64,000 bases of DNA, taken from Botryllus schlosseri. Lineage: Eukaryota. Positions 1 to 13,275 of this stretch are shown piece by piece. A model generated the notes under the pieces. The model worked only from the letters and a program-made list of their open reading frames with translations. It had not been told where the DNA came from and ran no database searches. Position numbers and translations under genes: made by a program. How positions within the stretch are numbered: the stretch's first letter is position 1; each line of letters starts with the position of its first letter. The DNA lies in contig CM119375.1 in the NCBI GenBank assembly GCA_051294905.1, positions 9,734,001 to 9,798,000 on the forward strand. Reading direction: 5' to 3'.

Positions 1-456
1 AATTGGCCCGCGAGCACATTTGAGTTTGAGACCTCTGATCTACACTAACGAATACAGGGGTGTAAGAGGCGTGATGATATGAACATGGATGCCAAACGCA
101 TTTCCGCGCAGATCGTGTAGCACCCGTGGGGATAGCAATGCCTCAAGAGTTCTTTTATCAGTCACCCGTTCAATTATAGTTCCAGCAAACCGGGATAACA
201 ACCTCAGCGGCTGGAAATTTGTTATCTGATAGAACTTGACCAACTTTACTTCTCAATTCTCAATTTCGTCGCCAACTTTCCTCGTCTACATTTTAACGGC
301 AGTGCTCGTACGCTGCCTAACAATCGCATGTGGAGTGAATGGCCATGTTTGTAATTAGAATTTGTAAACGTGAACATCACTTCCAAAGGAGTTCATTTCT
401 CGCAGGTGATTAGAAAGACAATGAGAATTTGAAAAGTGCATTGTCACACTATAGAG

Positions 457-1763
457 CAGTGGTTCGCAACCTTTTTGTCTTCATTCCCCACTTCGGATTT
501 ATTCCGAGCCTTCATTCCCCACTACCCACAACTTTTGTCATTACAGAGCAGCCATTTGCTGGTTTGAGTACACAAGACACACACCCACACCAGCACTCAA
601 GACAATCACCTATAACCAGGGTTGCCATACCGTCCTTATTTCTAAGATTTGTCCTCATTTTGAAAGGCCGGGTCTTAGAAAACTCAACTATTTATTTTTT
701 AGAAATTTCCTTATTTTCGACTCGCGTCATTATTTTGTCTTATTTTCAACGACTACAGAACTTCGATCGTTTTCGCCTGGTATCTGTGTTGCATAATATT
801 ATAAAATTATGCTTTTGCATCGTGATTTTATGACACCGTAAATGAAAAGGACTCCCGCGGTGTACACACCCAGGATTTGACTTCTAAGTGGTGAGATAGC
901 TATGGCGGCAGTGAGTGGTATAGCAGTTTCGGCTATACCAAACTATCGCAGCGGACGTCGTTTTAGAAGTAAACAGCGGTACCAGGTTTCTGCTGTTTAG
1001 TCTGCAGCCGAATAAGCTGTGGGGGAAGGCAGCATTTATTGCGTTGTGAAAAAGGGAGAACTGCATTCGACACTTGAGTAAAAAAGTAGTAAAGCTATAA
1101 ATCATTGATAAATATTTATCTAAATTATATTGCACATACAGTTTCAGCTATTTATAAGGCGAAATTTGATTAGAGATAAAAATGAGCAAGCGTAAAAACA
1201 TTATTCGTGACGGTTGATAGAGCATTCAATGATATGAAACGAAGCTTGAAGGGCGAGTGTTTCGCACATTGCAATATCTGCAATTGTGACATTAACCTGG
1301 TAGCCATATAGGAAATACCGCAATACCGCTTTTTCAACTAACACAGAGCATTTAAAAAACGCTTTTATAATGCAAATCTATTTATCAACTGTCCTTATTT
1401 GTGGGTCCTTGTCGATGGCAACCCTGCCTATAATTGCAACATAAAACGTATTGTGAAACGATGCCGGTAACCCTCAAAATTTAGCGAAAGCGTTATTTGA
1501 TGTCATACTAGTCGTGCTGGATGCGTTTGTGACGCCATCATTCGTTATCCAGATCTAAAATGAGGTTTTGTAAACGACACGCAATATAATTTTCGATACA
1601 TACATTCCAGAGCAGTTAACTGGTAACGGTAATTGCGCATGCGTCTCCATAAATATATAGACTGTCGTGTATGTAATTTTGAACAAATGCGTCAATTCCC
1701 CACCAGAAACCAGGGAATTCCCCACCAGAAACCAGGGAATTCCCCACCGGTTGGGAACCACTG
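457..1763. mobile_element. Non-autonomous hAT (Charlie/Buster-like) element
   Basis: Termini CAGTGGTTCGCAACC...GGTTGGGAACCACTG. 8-bp TSD ctatagag (449-456) / ctataaag (1764-1771). 22-bp subterminal tandem repeats at about 1696-1750. Contains a nested element. Confidence 0.8.
617..1426. mobile_element. Non-autonomous hAT element nested in the previous one
   Basis: Termini CAGGGTTGCCA...TGGCAACCCTG. TSD cctataac (609-616) / cctataat (1427-1434). Confidence 0.8.
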
Positions 1764-1787
1764 CTATAAAGACTGTAGGTCCTACAG

Positions 1788-2344
1788 CAGGGGCGGGCAA
1801 CTTCTCCAGTCGGCGGGCAGGATATAGGAAAATTAGGTACTTGGCGGGCCGGATTGCTGAATCGATGCATTATTCGCCCATTTATCCACATATACAAATA
1901 ATAAATCGTATTTAATGAATGTATTTTAACGACAGCAATGTCACTTCAAAGCCATTTCTTGCCGATAATGACGAAGACAATGTGGATTTGAGAACAGCAT
2001 TGTCATACAGACGCCACAATGTCTGCTTCTCTCTGATCAATTAACACACGGTGCAATCCTTAATTAAGATTTCAAGGCGTTCTATAAGCCCCGTACCGCA
2101 CATTTAACATGATTTCAAATCATTAGGGCTGAGTACATGGTAAATGCCGAACTTACACGTAAGATCTACTCTCACACGCTGCGCACACACGTACATAATA
2201 ACATACCGCAGTCACTAAAATTTGACGTTCAAGCTAGTAGTGGGGAGTATCGGCAGACTGGGGCCGCGGGCAACATTATCATGTAAGACGGGAGACTGTC
2301 CGCGGACCGGATCAGGCCCGCGGGCCGTATGTTGTCCGCCCCTG
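1788..2344 (+). mobile_element. hAT MITE (CAGGGGCGGGCAAC family)
   Basis: Termini CAGGGGCGGGCAAC...GTTGTCCGCCCCTG. Perfect 8-bp TSD tcctacag (1780-1787, 2345-2352). A related copy lies in reverse orientation at 16928-17679. Confidence 0.85.
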
Positions 2345-2402
2345 TCCTACAGTCTCTATAGTCACACAGTCGTCGCCATGTATTCTCTTATCTGCCATCA
2401 AT

Positions 2403-3184
2403 TAGAGTTCTGGTTTAAATCGTTTTGCCTTTGATTAAAATCGATTTTAATCAATTAATTAATTAATTCAAATCATGATTTTTTTGATTTTTTTGGTTTT
2501 TTTTCATAATAACAACAACACGAACAAAAGAAAATGGGACTATACCATATCAATCAAGGTGATGAAGGATTACGCTTAAACTTCAATAATGTGGAGCTGT
2601 GAATCATCATTCAGATAGCTGAAAACGTTCAACCTGTGTTAATGGTAGCTGAAAACGTTTAACCTATGCGTTAATGATGGGTCGCCCGAATCATTACTAA
2701 TCTGTTCTAGTAGCGAGGAAACATGTTGAGTCAATTCGGGACCATCCATAATAGTTGCATCTTCATCTTGATCGATGGAGTGGTTTCTGCCAGCAAACTG
2801 GATCAGAGATGGAGGAATCTTTCGAATTCGATATGGACTCCGGATTGCGCTGCGTTTGTGGTATCCCACCAGTGCCTCGGAAATAGCAGTAGCATGTCAC
2901 AGAAAACTAACTATATAGTATCCACAGCAAAACGCTAACATATTGATTGACTATCGCTCTTTGCTCTTTTCCCGTCTGCTGGTGATGAGATGCTATCTCC
3001 GGTTTATATAAAATGCACAGGATTGTCCGATAATAAACCGCATTCACGCATCTCGTCCGAAAATTTGAAAAAACCAAAATGATCAATGAAATCAAAAGGG
3101 TAAAATTAAAATAAAAAATCAACGAAAAAAAAGCTGATTTAAATCACACTGATTTAAATCAGCCTGATTTAAACCAGAACCCTA
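2403..3184. mobile_element. hAT MITE with GATTTAAATC subterminal repeats
   Basis: Termini TAGAGTTCTGGTTTAAATC...GATTTAAACCAGAACCCTA. TSD ccatcaat / ccaccaat. Confidence 0.75.
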
Positions 3185-4980
3185 CCACCAATTAACGTAG
3201 ACCTATTGTGAAAACTGATATGCCGGGTAAAGCATATTTGCGGGAACTATTGATTGTGGACATGACAGCAATTTTGATAAGTCAAGTGTACAAACTTCAC
3301 ATCGAGCCCGATTTATGTCATTGATTGGTTGCTATAGAATAGAATTATTTTGCGCATCGTTTCAAAAATTCCAAGAAATCTCTCGCGGCACAATTGCGAG
3401 ACGTAAATGGCACTAGTGTGCCGCGGCACACCGGTTGAGAGTCACTGTAATCCAATCAAAATCCCAGCTTCAAATCCGTATCCATATTCAAATCCAGAAA
3501 TAATGTCGTCCGTTCCATATCTAAATCCATGTCTAAATCCGATAAGGATTGAAATTTGTTCAAAAGTCGCCGGAAAATTGAAAAGTATCAGATATGTAGC
3601 CTACTATACAAATCCAGCTTCAAAATGATCGTGAATCCATATCCGATCCGAATTCGGCAAAAACCATCAAATCCTAACCAAATCCATGCTCATATCTGGC
3701 TCATATCCAACTGCAATTTATCCACCTCTGCATTACCCCTTTTCATATGGACTGCTGTAGACATTATTAGTAATGACTACGGCCTAAATCCGGGATATTA
3801 GCCTATAATGTAATGTAACCACCAGGAAACGCCGACATTTGTTCGATTCCGTATTATTTCATTTGATCATCTTTCTTGCTAATGAAGGAAGGCATGTACT
3901 AGCATATGACTGGGTACCAAATGAATCAAATCATCATTTTTGGAGTTACAGCGAACGGTCGGCATCATAGAGCAAATGTCGTCCTGATTTCTATGCTGCA
4001 GGCTTATAGCAGGTCTACGACTCGTCATTGACTCTTGACTTTTGCTATGTAAGTGCGGTTTGGTATATCTTCAATACTTAGCCAGTAGTTCAGACTTCGA
4101 ATATGACCATAACCCGACCCACCGGTAAATGGTGTAGCAGCGGTTGGTCATGATTTCTTCGTGGCGATTCGACAACCACCTTCATTATGCTCCACGGCCA
4201 TGTGTATGTTTTTGATTCCCCAAATTCTATAACATATGGCACATCCCACTTTCACTTTGTAATAGGCTGTGACTTACCTACTAGAAAACAAATGTATGCA
4301 GCGTCTTTTGTATGAATTGGCAGTGACGTTATGTCATTTCACGGTAGGGTTACCGTATTTTGAGATTCGAAGAAGAGGAGAGATTTAACATTTAACAATA
4401 CATATAATAGCGAATAAGATAAAGGGTAACTAAAAAAATTACCGGAAATATTATTGGATTCAACAAAAAATAGTCAATTTTCCAACTCGACTTCCCCTAC
4501 AGTTGCAGTTGACCTTCTTTAGTCAACCTTGCGTCGAAAATGCACCATTTATGGCCTTTTTTCGTTGTCCGTGTACAATCGCCTGGCTCTCAAAGCTATA
4601 AAGGAGGACAAATTGCCAGAAAGGAGGTCATTGTCGATTTATTCAATAAGGAGGATATATCGTCCTTAAGGAGGACGTATGACATGCGGGAAATGAGGCC
4701 AACGTTAAAATAATGAGTATCAAAGTAATAATTTTTTGATTGGACTATACGTATAGTTCAGGGGTGGGCAACCTTTTTGCCATTCACGGCCGCATTTCGA
4801 CTACTTATGTAGCCTACTGTCGCATTCCAGGGCATAGTCGTAATGAACGAGTTGGACGCCAAATACCCAAGTTAAAGTGTGTATGTCCATTTCCGGCGAA
4901 CTCCCCACCAATATATTTAATTTTTTAGGCTTATACTATACGCACCGAAATAGCGAGTGGTCACTGGTAATGTTAAGGTA

Positions 4981-6210
4981 TAGGGTGACCGTATTTTGGA
5001 ATCGGGAAAGGCGGACACTTTTTCAAAATTTTCAAACTTACAATACCGACTGGTCGACTAAAAATAGTAGGGATGGCGTGAACGTGAGGTTCACGTTCGT
5101 GTTCTGTGTGTGAACCTCGGAAAATTTGAGGTTCGCGTTCACAACAGAACCTTGGTAGGTTCTGCACTGTGAACCTTTTTCATATATTGCAATTTTCACT
5201 TCATTATAACATCTTTGGTTCAAATTTATTGACTTTCAACTGCGGGCCACCCTATGCATGGAGCTGGCAGCATAAATATTCAACACTAAACGAGCATGCC
5301 CTTGACAATCTCAAAACTTTACTTATATTGTTCCAAAAGTTTGCTCGAAATATCCAGCTTTCCGTTTGTGCATATTTAGTGTCTCTGTGCTGTGAGCTTG
5401 ACCCGCAATCACATGACATCAAGAGCGAAATACACTGTATTTTGTTAGCAAATGATCCTTATTCAACCAATCAATGAGATTGATATCGTCTTCTGATGTA
5501 AAAGTCTAGCAGGCGTACGGGGTCAATCTTGACAACACATGTATACTGTATCATAAAAACCAAATCCATGCGACTGGGGTGTAGGCTATACTGCTGTATA
5601 ACTTGGTAAGTATAGAAACCCATTTTACAGTTTGCTCAATATCCATGTGGCAATACTCAGACGACGAATACATTGTCCGATCAGGTCGAAATTGTTGGCA
5701 AAGCGACGCAAGATACTGATTTTATGGGATTATTATATCATTTGATTGCCCCAGTTGATATATTTGGCGACGTTTCAAACGTCAATATGCACTTAAGTAC
5801 TGAGCTAGTATGTGGCCCCGAGTCGTCGCTCGGTATCGTGTACAGTAGATTATTATAGGCAATCACCTAATTGAAATATGGGATTTAAATTAGCAATATG
5901 ACGTCACGTGACGTCATGAGGTTCACGTTCGTGTTCACACAGAACCTTTCAAAAAGGTTCACGTTCACACGAACCTGAACCTTTCAGAGGTTCACACCAT
6001 CCCTAAAAAATAGTGAACTTTTTGGCTCGGCTCCCGAAATTGCTGCCGGAGCGTTACTTCAGTGCTGATTTACTGTATTTGAGTCGAATTTGGCACTATA
6101 TTTAACCAACATTCTCAAAAAGGAGGACATTTAGGAGAACTCGGAGAACATTTTCAAAAACCTGAAAAAGAAGGACAAATCCTCCTAAAGGAGGACGTAT
6201 GGCAACCCTA
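4981..6210. mobile_element. hAT MITE (TAGGGTGACC/TAGGGTTACC family) with nested insert
   Basis: Termini TAGGGTGACCGTA...TATGGCAACCCTA. Flanks tgttaaggta / tgttaaggga. AGGAGGAC subterminal motifs shared with the copies at 14111 and 32497. Confidence 0.65.
5068..6005. mobile_element. hAT MITE (GTGAACC/GGTTCAC repeats), nested
   Basis: Termini TAGGGATGGCGTGAAC...GTTCACACCATCCCTA. Perfect TSD aaaaatag (5060-5067, 6006-6013). Confidence 0.85.
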
Positions 6211-7549
6211 TGTTAAGGGAATGCTCATAGTCGCGCGAAGCGCTAAAAAAATTTCTCATCCACTTATGAATTGCGTCATTGATATTTGTAGTTTTACATA
6301 TTACTATCAAACATTAATCTTTTCTTCGCCCATGTGATCAGATTCACCGGTATAGAGTTGATGCAGGGGGTGTTTTCGGAAATTTGGGGTAAGTTATAGA
6401 TTATGATGCATCTTCGGGTGGGCCAATTGTTATTCGTCATTTTGTTGCATGCTGTTATTTCTTGACCTTCCATCAGGATTATCAGTATAGTGAGGAGCAC
6501 ACGATTCCGAGTTGGTATTTCCGCACGAGGCGCATCATTTTCCTTTGCTGTTCGCATCTGTATTGTGAAGCTCTCATTGCAAAAGACGCTATATATTAAA
6601 ATCGAAAAATGTCAACATGAATCGCGCCCAGCGCGAAGAAAATTTAAAGATTAATTAAAATCTTTCAAGAAATCGGGAGTCAATTCGTAAATTCAAATTT
6701 CATGTCGACGGCCGCCAACACATACTAATTGAAATACGTGTCGACGCCCGCAGGTTGGCCATTCCTGGTATGGTTGAATAGTATATTCAAATTGAAATGA
6801 AACCGAATATTTTCGACTGACACTCTTCAGTGGTAGTCGTCAGCAACTAGTAGATAATTGGAAAGAACATTGTATATATTGTATATCATAGGGCTGCATT
6901 TAAAACAAACGGTGTTTTTTAAACAGTGTTTTAAACAAATGCCTTTTTTTAAATCATAGAGGAACAGGTACAGTGTACAATCAATGTTCATTGGTAGACA
7001 TCTATTGTCAATGATTCTGTTGGGTGTCGTTGTAAATAAATACATGTAATATCATTGTCCACTTCATAATGCCAACACAGGACCAGAAATCAGGGGTGGT
7101 CAAAATAGTCATCGCCGATACCCAAGTAGGTCTACGAGTGGAGCTAATGCCGCAAATTTCTTCTTAATTACAAGCATATTCCCTCTGGTCAGGGATATCT
7201 AGAACAAGTACTATACGTCATGCTTCTCAAATGTATATATGCAAATGCATACAAGTTCAAGTGGTACAATGGGAAACTGTCGGTTATCGATTGTCCGCCG
7301 TTGTTTACATTAACGTCGTGATAATGTGATTATCGTCCTTTTGATATTGAGTGGATTCATCCGCTACCGATAATTAGTAATAACAATCATTTGCATTTAA
7401 TTAGTCGGTTCTATTGATGATTAGTGATATGGTCATTTGAGAGGCATGATAATCTTAAATGAGATAAAGACGAAACAGCATTCTTCATTCATATATATGT
7501 CCTTCTTCTCACTGCTAAACGAGTCATTCGTGAGAAGTCGCGGTATAGA

Positions 7550-8320
7550 ATGCTACTACCGCAACGCAACGTTTGCGCTGACTACAGTACTATGAATAAA
7601 GAAGACTTTTTTCGGCAGAGCTTCGGTAGTGTATTCTGCGCAAGACAGGAATTCGAACGTAGCGGGTGGGCATGGTATTTTCACAAGGCATCATCGCGTT
7701 TATCACAAAAGACGAAGAGCTTTATCGTACCGTCGATTCCAAAAGATCAAATTCATAGTGGTGATGATACTCGGCCAGCTTCTCAACGTGGGAAGGAGCG
7801 AGAAAGAGGTAGATCGCATGAACTCGGTCACGTTAACCAACGTACCAGCGAAAAGTACTCGTATACGAGTAATTCAAGTGTGGGAAGATCGTCAGAAGAA
7901 TTGAAAACATGCGCAAGTTGCGTTAAACTAAGCAAATCATATCAGCAAAGGCCGATTTTCTTCCGACCATGGATGTCTTCAAACCCATGCGATAACAGCA
8001 CAGACTTTCGCTCTGCTAGAATCCAGTCACCGACACAAGAACTTATTCCGTCGTTGTTGTCCCGAAAGATCGAAGCATCGAAATGCATTGACAGTCGACA
8101 CAGGATGTCGAGAAAGCGCAAACGTACAGTATTCACTCCGGGTCAGATTCAAACGCTGGAATCGTCGTTTTCTAGAAGTCGATTTCTGCAAAGCAAGGAA
8201 AAAATGAGACTGGCGGCTGCTCTGGGGATAGATGAAAACACAGTCAAAATTTGGTTTCAAAACAGGCGGATGAAGCTCCGTAGGCAAAAGTTAAAAAGCG
8301 ACGAGTCGCAGCATGCATGA
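7550..8320 (+). CDS. Divergent ANTP-class homeobox transcription factor, single exon (256 aa)
   Basis: Homeodomain at 8111-8290: RKRKRTVFTPGQIQTLESSFSRSRFLQSKEKMRLAAALGIDENTVKIWFQNRRMKLRRQK (W48, F49, Q50, N51, R53 intact). FRPWM motif at 7961-7975. AATAAA signals at about 8563-8582. An alternative ATG lies at 7592. Confidence 0.9.
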   Translation: MLLPQRNVCADYSTMNKEDFFRQSFGSVFCARQEFERSGWAWYFHKASSRLSQKTKSFIVPSIPKDQIHSGDDTRPASQRGKERERGRSHELGHVNQRTSEKYSYTSNSSVGRSSEELKTCASCVKLSKSYQQRPIFFRPWMSSNPCDNSTDFRSARIQSPTQELIPSLLSRKIEASKCIDSRHRMSRKRKRTVFTPGQIQTLESSFSRSRFLQSKEKMRLAAALGIDENTVKIWFQNRRMKLRRQKLKSDESQHA

Positions 8321-11270
8321 TGTGATCTGCGTATTTGTATAGTAACATAATACTACTTTTTATAAATTGGGTTTCATCGGTTTTCCATGATTTGGTACCG
8401 GCGTTGCTTGATTAAATTACATACGTTTACGTTTATGATGGCAAACTTCAGTGCTTTTTCTAATATTGTGATTCGAGATGACGATATAGCCTACCTGGTA
8501 ATTCTATAGAATTCTTTTCGTCATTTTATCTCTTTTCACAATGTCGATTACTGTTTTAACAAATAAATATATACGAATAAATGCGGGGACGTATAAGGCA
8601 GTATTTCCACAGGCAATATGCCATTTGATGTAGTTATATGCCATAATTCACGTCATTAGGTGCAATATTCTATATTAAAAGCTATACCAGAGTCAGTGAT
8701 ACAGCTGAAGCGTATATTTGTCTTTAATAGCATAGTAGAAGAGTACAAAGTTAGTCAGCATTAGATGACACTTATCCAAAGCCAGGTCACGCCAAAAGTA
8801 ATACTTTTCTTTGTAAAATGACCGTATGACATATAATCATCGACAAGATAACTGCGACATAAGCAGTACCGTAACAGCACTTCGCTAGTCCCCCCCAAAC
8901 GCTGGTCTTGGGCCCCCCATATGGTGATAAATCTAACTTCTGGGGACTTCGCCCCCAAGAACTCTCTTTGCAGCGTACGTTATTACAACGACACGCGTGG
9001 TTTCTAGCGCGCAAGGCGCGAAAAAAAAATCAAATTCGTAGTTGAATTCAATCAATGAAATTGAAATACCATATTATTCTCAAATTTATAATTGGTTTCT
9101 CTGAAAATTTAGAGCCCAAAAATAATACTTATACATCTGCGGGCGAGCCCGTTGTTATCAATTACTTTCCGAATCGCTCAAACGTACCTGACCTAGAACT
9201 TCTTCGGTGCGATGCACACGACTCAAAGTGGCATTTCTTCACGGGACGCATAATTTTTCTCTATAGGTGGCAATGCGGGGCTCGGATTGTCAGTCTTGTG
9301 GTATATTGAAATAATGAAATTGTTAGCAATAAATAGAGTTTAATTATTAGGTGCCATTCATTTAGGCTCCTATGGACAAGGGAAAACTCGACATATATCG
9401 GTTTCGGCCAACATGATGCGGTCCTTTTGGGGCAAGCACAAGGCTACATCGCCGCCGGGCTTATTGGCAACACACTTCGCAGAGATGCAAGCCAGTCGAA
9501 ACGTATTAACATCTTGATGTGTCGTGGCGCCGCAATGGCCGACGTCGAAATGCTTATCGCCATAAATTATGCGTCACATAAGATATTAACCTGTGTGGAG
9601 CCGATTTGGGGGTAATTCGGTAATTGGCAAAGGTTCGTCGCGCGAAACATAGGTCCATCGATATGTGTGAGCGTGTTGTTCATCACGTAACTTGGGTGTA
9701 AAAGGGGGCATCATGTTTTTAATAATGACGTGATGCCACGAATCCATTGTGTCACAGTGAAAACTAATCCCAAATTCGAACATTTGGTGGGAAAATTCCC
9801 GGCTTTCAACCCACATCACCCAACCCCGACTATACGCTCATGGGTGTAGCACATATATAAAGTTCGCTAGCAAGACTCCTATCCATTCGATTAACACACA
9901 TCGAATGATGAAATAGGGTTTGCGCCGTGCCGACCTGATTAGCGAAAAAATATTTGCTCGTGAAATTTGCGTGGACAAAGGCCAATTACCGATCAGTGAG
10001 TAAATTATTGGGAAACTTTCTGATCATGACCAGATTAGACGTATAACGATTACCGCACCGAGTGCCAAGCTAGTTTATTTGAACATATGGGGAATATATT
10101 GCTCATTCAAGCGACATGTGCGGCCATGATACAACCGCAAATGAAGACAAATAATAGCCATTAGTTCTGTTCATTGTCGTATCGCTATCACTTAAGTCTA
10201 TTTGTAAACCGTGTCCACTTCGGTATAATTAGTTAGCGGTCGAAGAAGTCACTATCATTGAATGATGCCAATTAACATAATAAAGGCGTCATTTCCAGCT
10301 CTAAATTTAAAGTCTCATTGACACAGTAATTGACGCAATTACTAGGATGAAAAGATGTTCTCATCGGAATTAATTGTTTATTATTCCGATTCGGATATAG
10401 ACGAGTGGTTATTGATGACAGTCGAGTAGTTAGTGTGCTTCATTATCAAGTGTAATCGCAGAAGAAATCTCACATACATCTTCCATACATTCTCAAAACT
10501 TAACGTTTTCATCGCTAGTAAAACATACGAGTTACCCAGCACCGTTACTTCACTGATGGCCATACAAGGACATAAAGGACTGAAGACATTATACAAAATA
10601 TCCCGTTTATGTCAATGATCCGCAGTTAAGAATGCGATGCGTTAGTGTGGTATGGGGGAGTTTGCGTAGGTGGCCAGGGCTCGGTAGCCGAAGCGTCCAG
10701 ACAAAGGTCCGACGAAGGACGGAAAACAATGAATCGAACAAAAAAGAGAAAGGAAGAGCTGTCTATAGAACAGTGGTTCTCAAAGTGGGGGACGCGAAAG
10801 TATCTGAAGGGAGGCGCGAAGCCGCAGTTGGCTGGAAAATTTTTCGTGCTCCGCGCGGTTTGCTTCCAACTCATGATAGTTACTCTGTCTACTGTCCCAA
10901 TTTCATATTTGAGAAGTCTCTCATCAAGAGACATAACCTTCAACGCCATCAAACTATCCGTTGGGATAGCTAGCATCCTGATTTCTCTCTTTAATGTTTT
11001 GTGATATCACGATAAGGGGTGCGCGAGGTTTTTCACTATTAAAAAGGGGGGCGTGTCTAAAACTAAATGACAGACGCGAAAATGGATTTCAGTTTGAGAG
11101 ACATTAACTGGTCGTTTCGTCATTCTCTTAACTGTTCCTTACGTCGTGTTGTGTCTTTTATAACGTATTGAACATTGTGTATGTCTCGAGCAAATTTTGT
11201 TTGATTTATTTGATCTGACGATTATTATGAGGCGAGTTTCGGACGAGCTCGAATCTTTGATGGGTTTACC

Positions 11271-12254
11271 CAGGACCGTAACAGTACTTCGTCAGCTCCC
11301 CCCAAAAAACGTTGGTCTTGGGCCCCCATAGGGTATTAAACCGAACCCCAGACCCTAACTCAGGCTATACGCCTTTTGCCGCTACTTATCATCTACATTG
11401 GGTGTCTATTAGTTGAGTGAGTTTGTATCGCCAAAAACGCGCGAAGCGCGAGAAATTTATGTAATTCGTGATTGAATCGGTCGATATGATCGGGAAATGG
11501 ATACATATTGCTATCAATCTTTATCCTCTCTCTGCTCACGTAATCAGATTTACCAATAGACCTGAGTGAGGTGTGTCGGAAAATGTAAGACCCCTAAATA
11601 ATAATTAAACATCTTCGGGCGTACTCGTTGGTATAATGACTTCGTTACATGATGCTATTTCGTGACCTCCTATCTGCTATGTCAAACAATATTGAAACCA
11701 CCCAAACGCACTAAACTAAAAGACGTACACGATTTCGAATTGGTATTTCTTTACTGGCAAATAATGTTCCTTTCGGGATGGCATGTGTCTTGTTGGGCTC
11801 AGATCGCCAAGACAGGAACATTCGGCGCCAGCATTTAGGCGCTTTTGGAGAATTAAACATAAATGTATATCGAAGCTTTCGATCAGCACAAGGGCAGTCT
11901 TTTTCGGTCGAGGTCTTCTCGCTGCTGATCGTTCTATGGCACATTTCTCGGAATCGCATGATACATAGTCTATACTTTCATATATCTTGGTGCGTCGTGG
12001 CGCGGTAATGGTCGAAGCGGAAGTGCCCATTTCTATTAATCAAGTTTATTTTTTGTTGAGGGAAGAGCCCCGAACACTCAAGATACTTGACAACATTAAA
12101 TCGCGCGCAGCGCGAATTTTTTTTTGAAAAAATTGGATAAATTGGCAAAAAAAATATTATATAATTTATATTAACTCACGAAATAATTTTGGCCCCCCTT
12201 CGAGCTCGGGCCCCCTCCAATTGGAGGGTTTGGGGTGCGGCAGTTACGCTCCTG
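11271..12254. mobile_element. About 1-kb hAT-type non-autonomous element (CGCGCGAAGCGCG family)
   Basis: Termini CAGGACCGTAAC...GTTACGCTCCTG. Flanks ggtttacc / ggtttgtc. A long diverged direct copy lies at about 34020-34953, with partial copies at about 6220-6770 and 8870-9110. Confidence 0.7.
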
Positions 12255-12386
12255 GGTTTGTCGATTTATTATATCCCCAAAGTAATATGTAAACTAAGCC
12301 AATCAATTCACAAATATATATCAACTAATAAATCATCAGGAGGAGGAAAAAAGAAGTCAAACAATAAGTTCGAACATGTCCTAGAT

Positions 12387-12993
12387 CAGGTTTGTAATGA
12401 CTCGAGTCATGACTCGACTCGAGTCCGACTCGAGTCGCGATTTTCTGATAACTCGACTTGACTCGAGTCATTTTCTCAAAATACAGAAATGACTTGACTC
12501 GACTCGACTAGAGTCAATCCGTGTAATGACTCGACTTGGACTCGAATCATTGTGATTGACTCGGACCAAGTCATTGACTCGAGAATCAGACGGCCAAGAG
12601 CGACATTTCATTGTAATTTCGAAAAATAGTAAAGTAACTACACTATTTGTATTTCGTCTATTGGTAGCGGTACTTGAAAATGTGACCAGAAACTGTTAAA
12701 AGTAGGAAAAATTAGGATATTACAAATGCGAACAGTTCGATATCACCGAACAAAACTATAAAAAGTGGGTTAAACAATAATTTAACTGGAAACTGAGCAG
12801 TCAACGCAATGACTTTGACTTTGACTTGGACTCGAGTCATAAGACCATGACTCGGACTCGGCCATCTGCTTGCTGACTTGGACTCGTAATTGACTCGGGG
12901 GCGAATTGAAAATGACTCGACTTGACTCGAGCCAAAACTAAAAAAGTGAGATTGACTTGTGACTTGGCGCCTTGTGACTTGGTTACAACCCTG
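12387..12993. mobile_element. MITE with dense GACTT/GACTCGAGTC arrays
   Basis: Termini CAGGTTTGTAA...TTACAACCCTG. Many GACTCGAGTC palindromes at both ends. Probable TSD tcctagat / ccccagat; the right copy is displaced by the SINE. Confidence 0.7.
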
Positions 12994-12999
12994 CCCCAG

Positions 13000-13275
13000 G
13001 GTGGCGAGATAGCGCAGTGGTATAATCTGCGGCTGCAACACCAATGGGTGCGGGTTCGAGTCCGACCGAGGTCGACTTCCGAATTCCGATACCTAAGTGT
13101 TGGAGGTTTACCTAGGCTCCTCCTCGCCACCTCATCCGCGTAAGCTGTGTCTTACAAAATCCTAGAGGTGGGCCGTGCTATAAGTCGGCAGTTACGGAAA
13201 ATAAGAAGAATATCGGCCTGGTGTAAATGACCATAGTAGTCGACAAACACCATGAATACCCCAAAAACAACAACA
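13000..13275 (+). mobile_element. tRNA-derived SINE, full length
   Basis: A box TAGCGCAGTGG, B box GGTTCGAGTCC, (CAA)n tail. 15-bp TSD acaaccctgccccag (12985-12999 and 13276-13290). Confidence 0.9.

Noticed and set aside
12387-12993. CRISPR-like array (also 31462-32447 and 57780-58140)
   Set aside because: Eukaryotic context, no unique spacers and no cas genes. These are subterminal transposon repeats.
13000-13075. tRNA gene (also 27420-27487)
   Set aside because: A and B boxes are present, but there is no clean cloverleaf. Both continue into SINE bodies, one with a tail and a 15-bp TSD.
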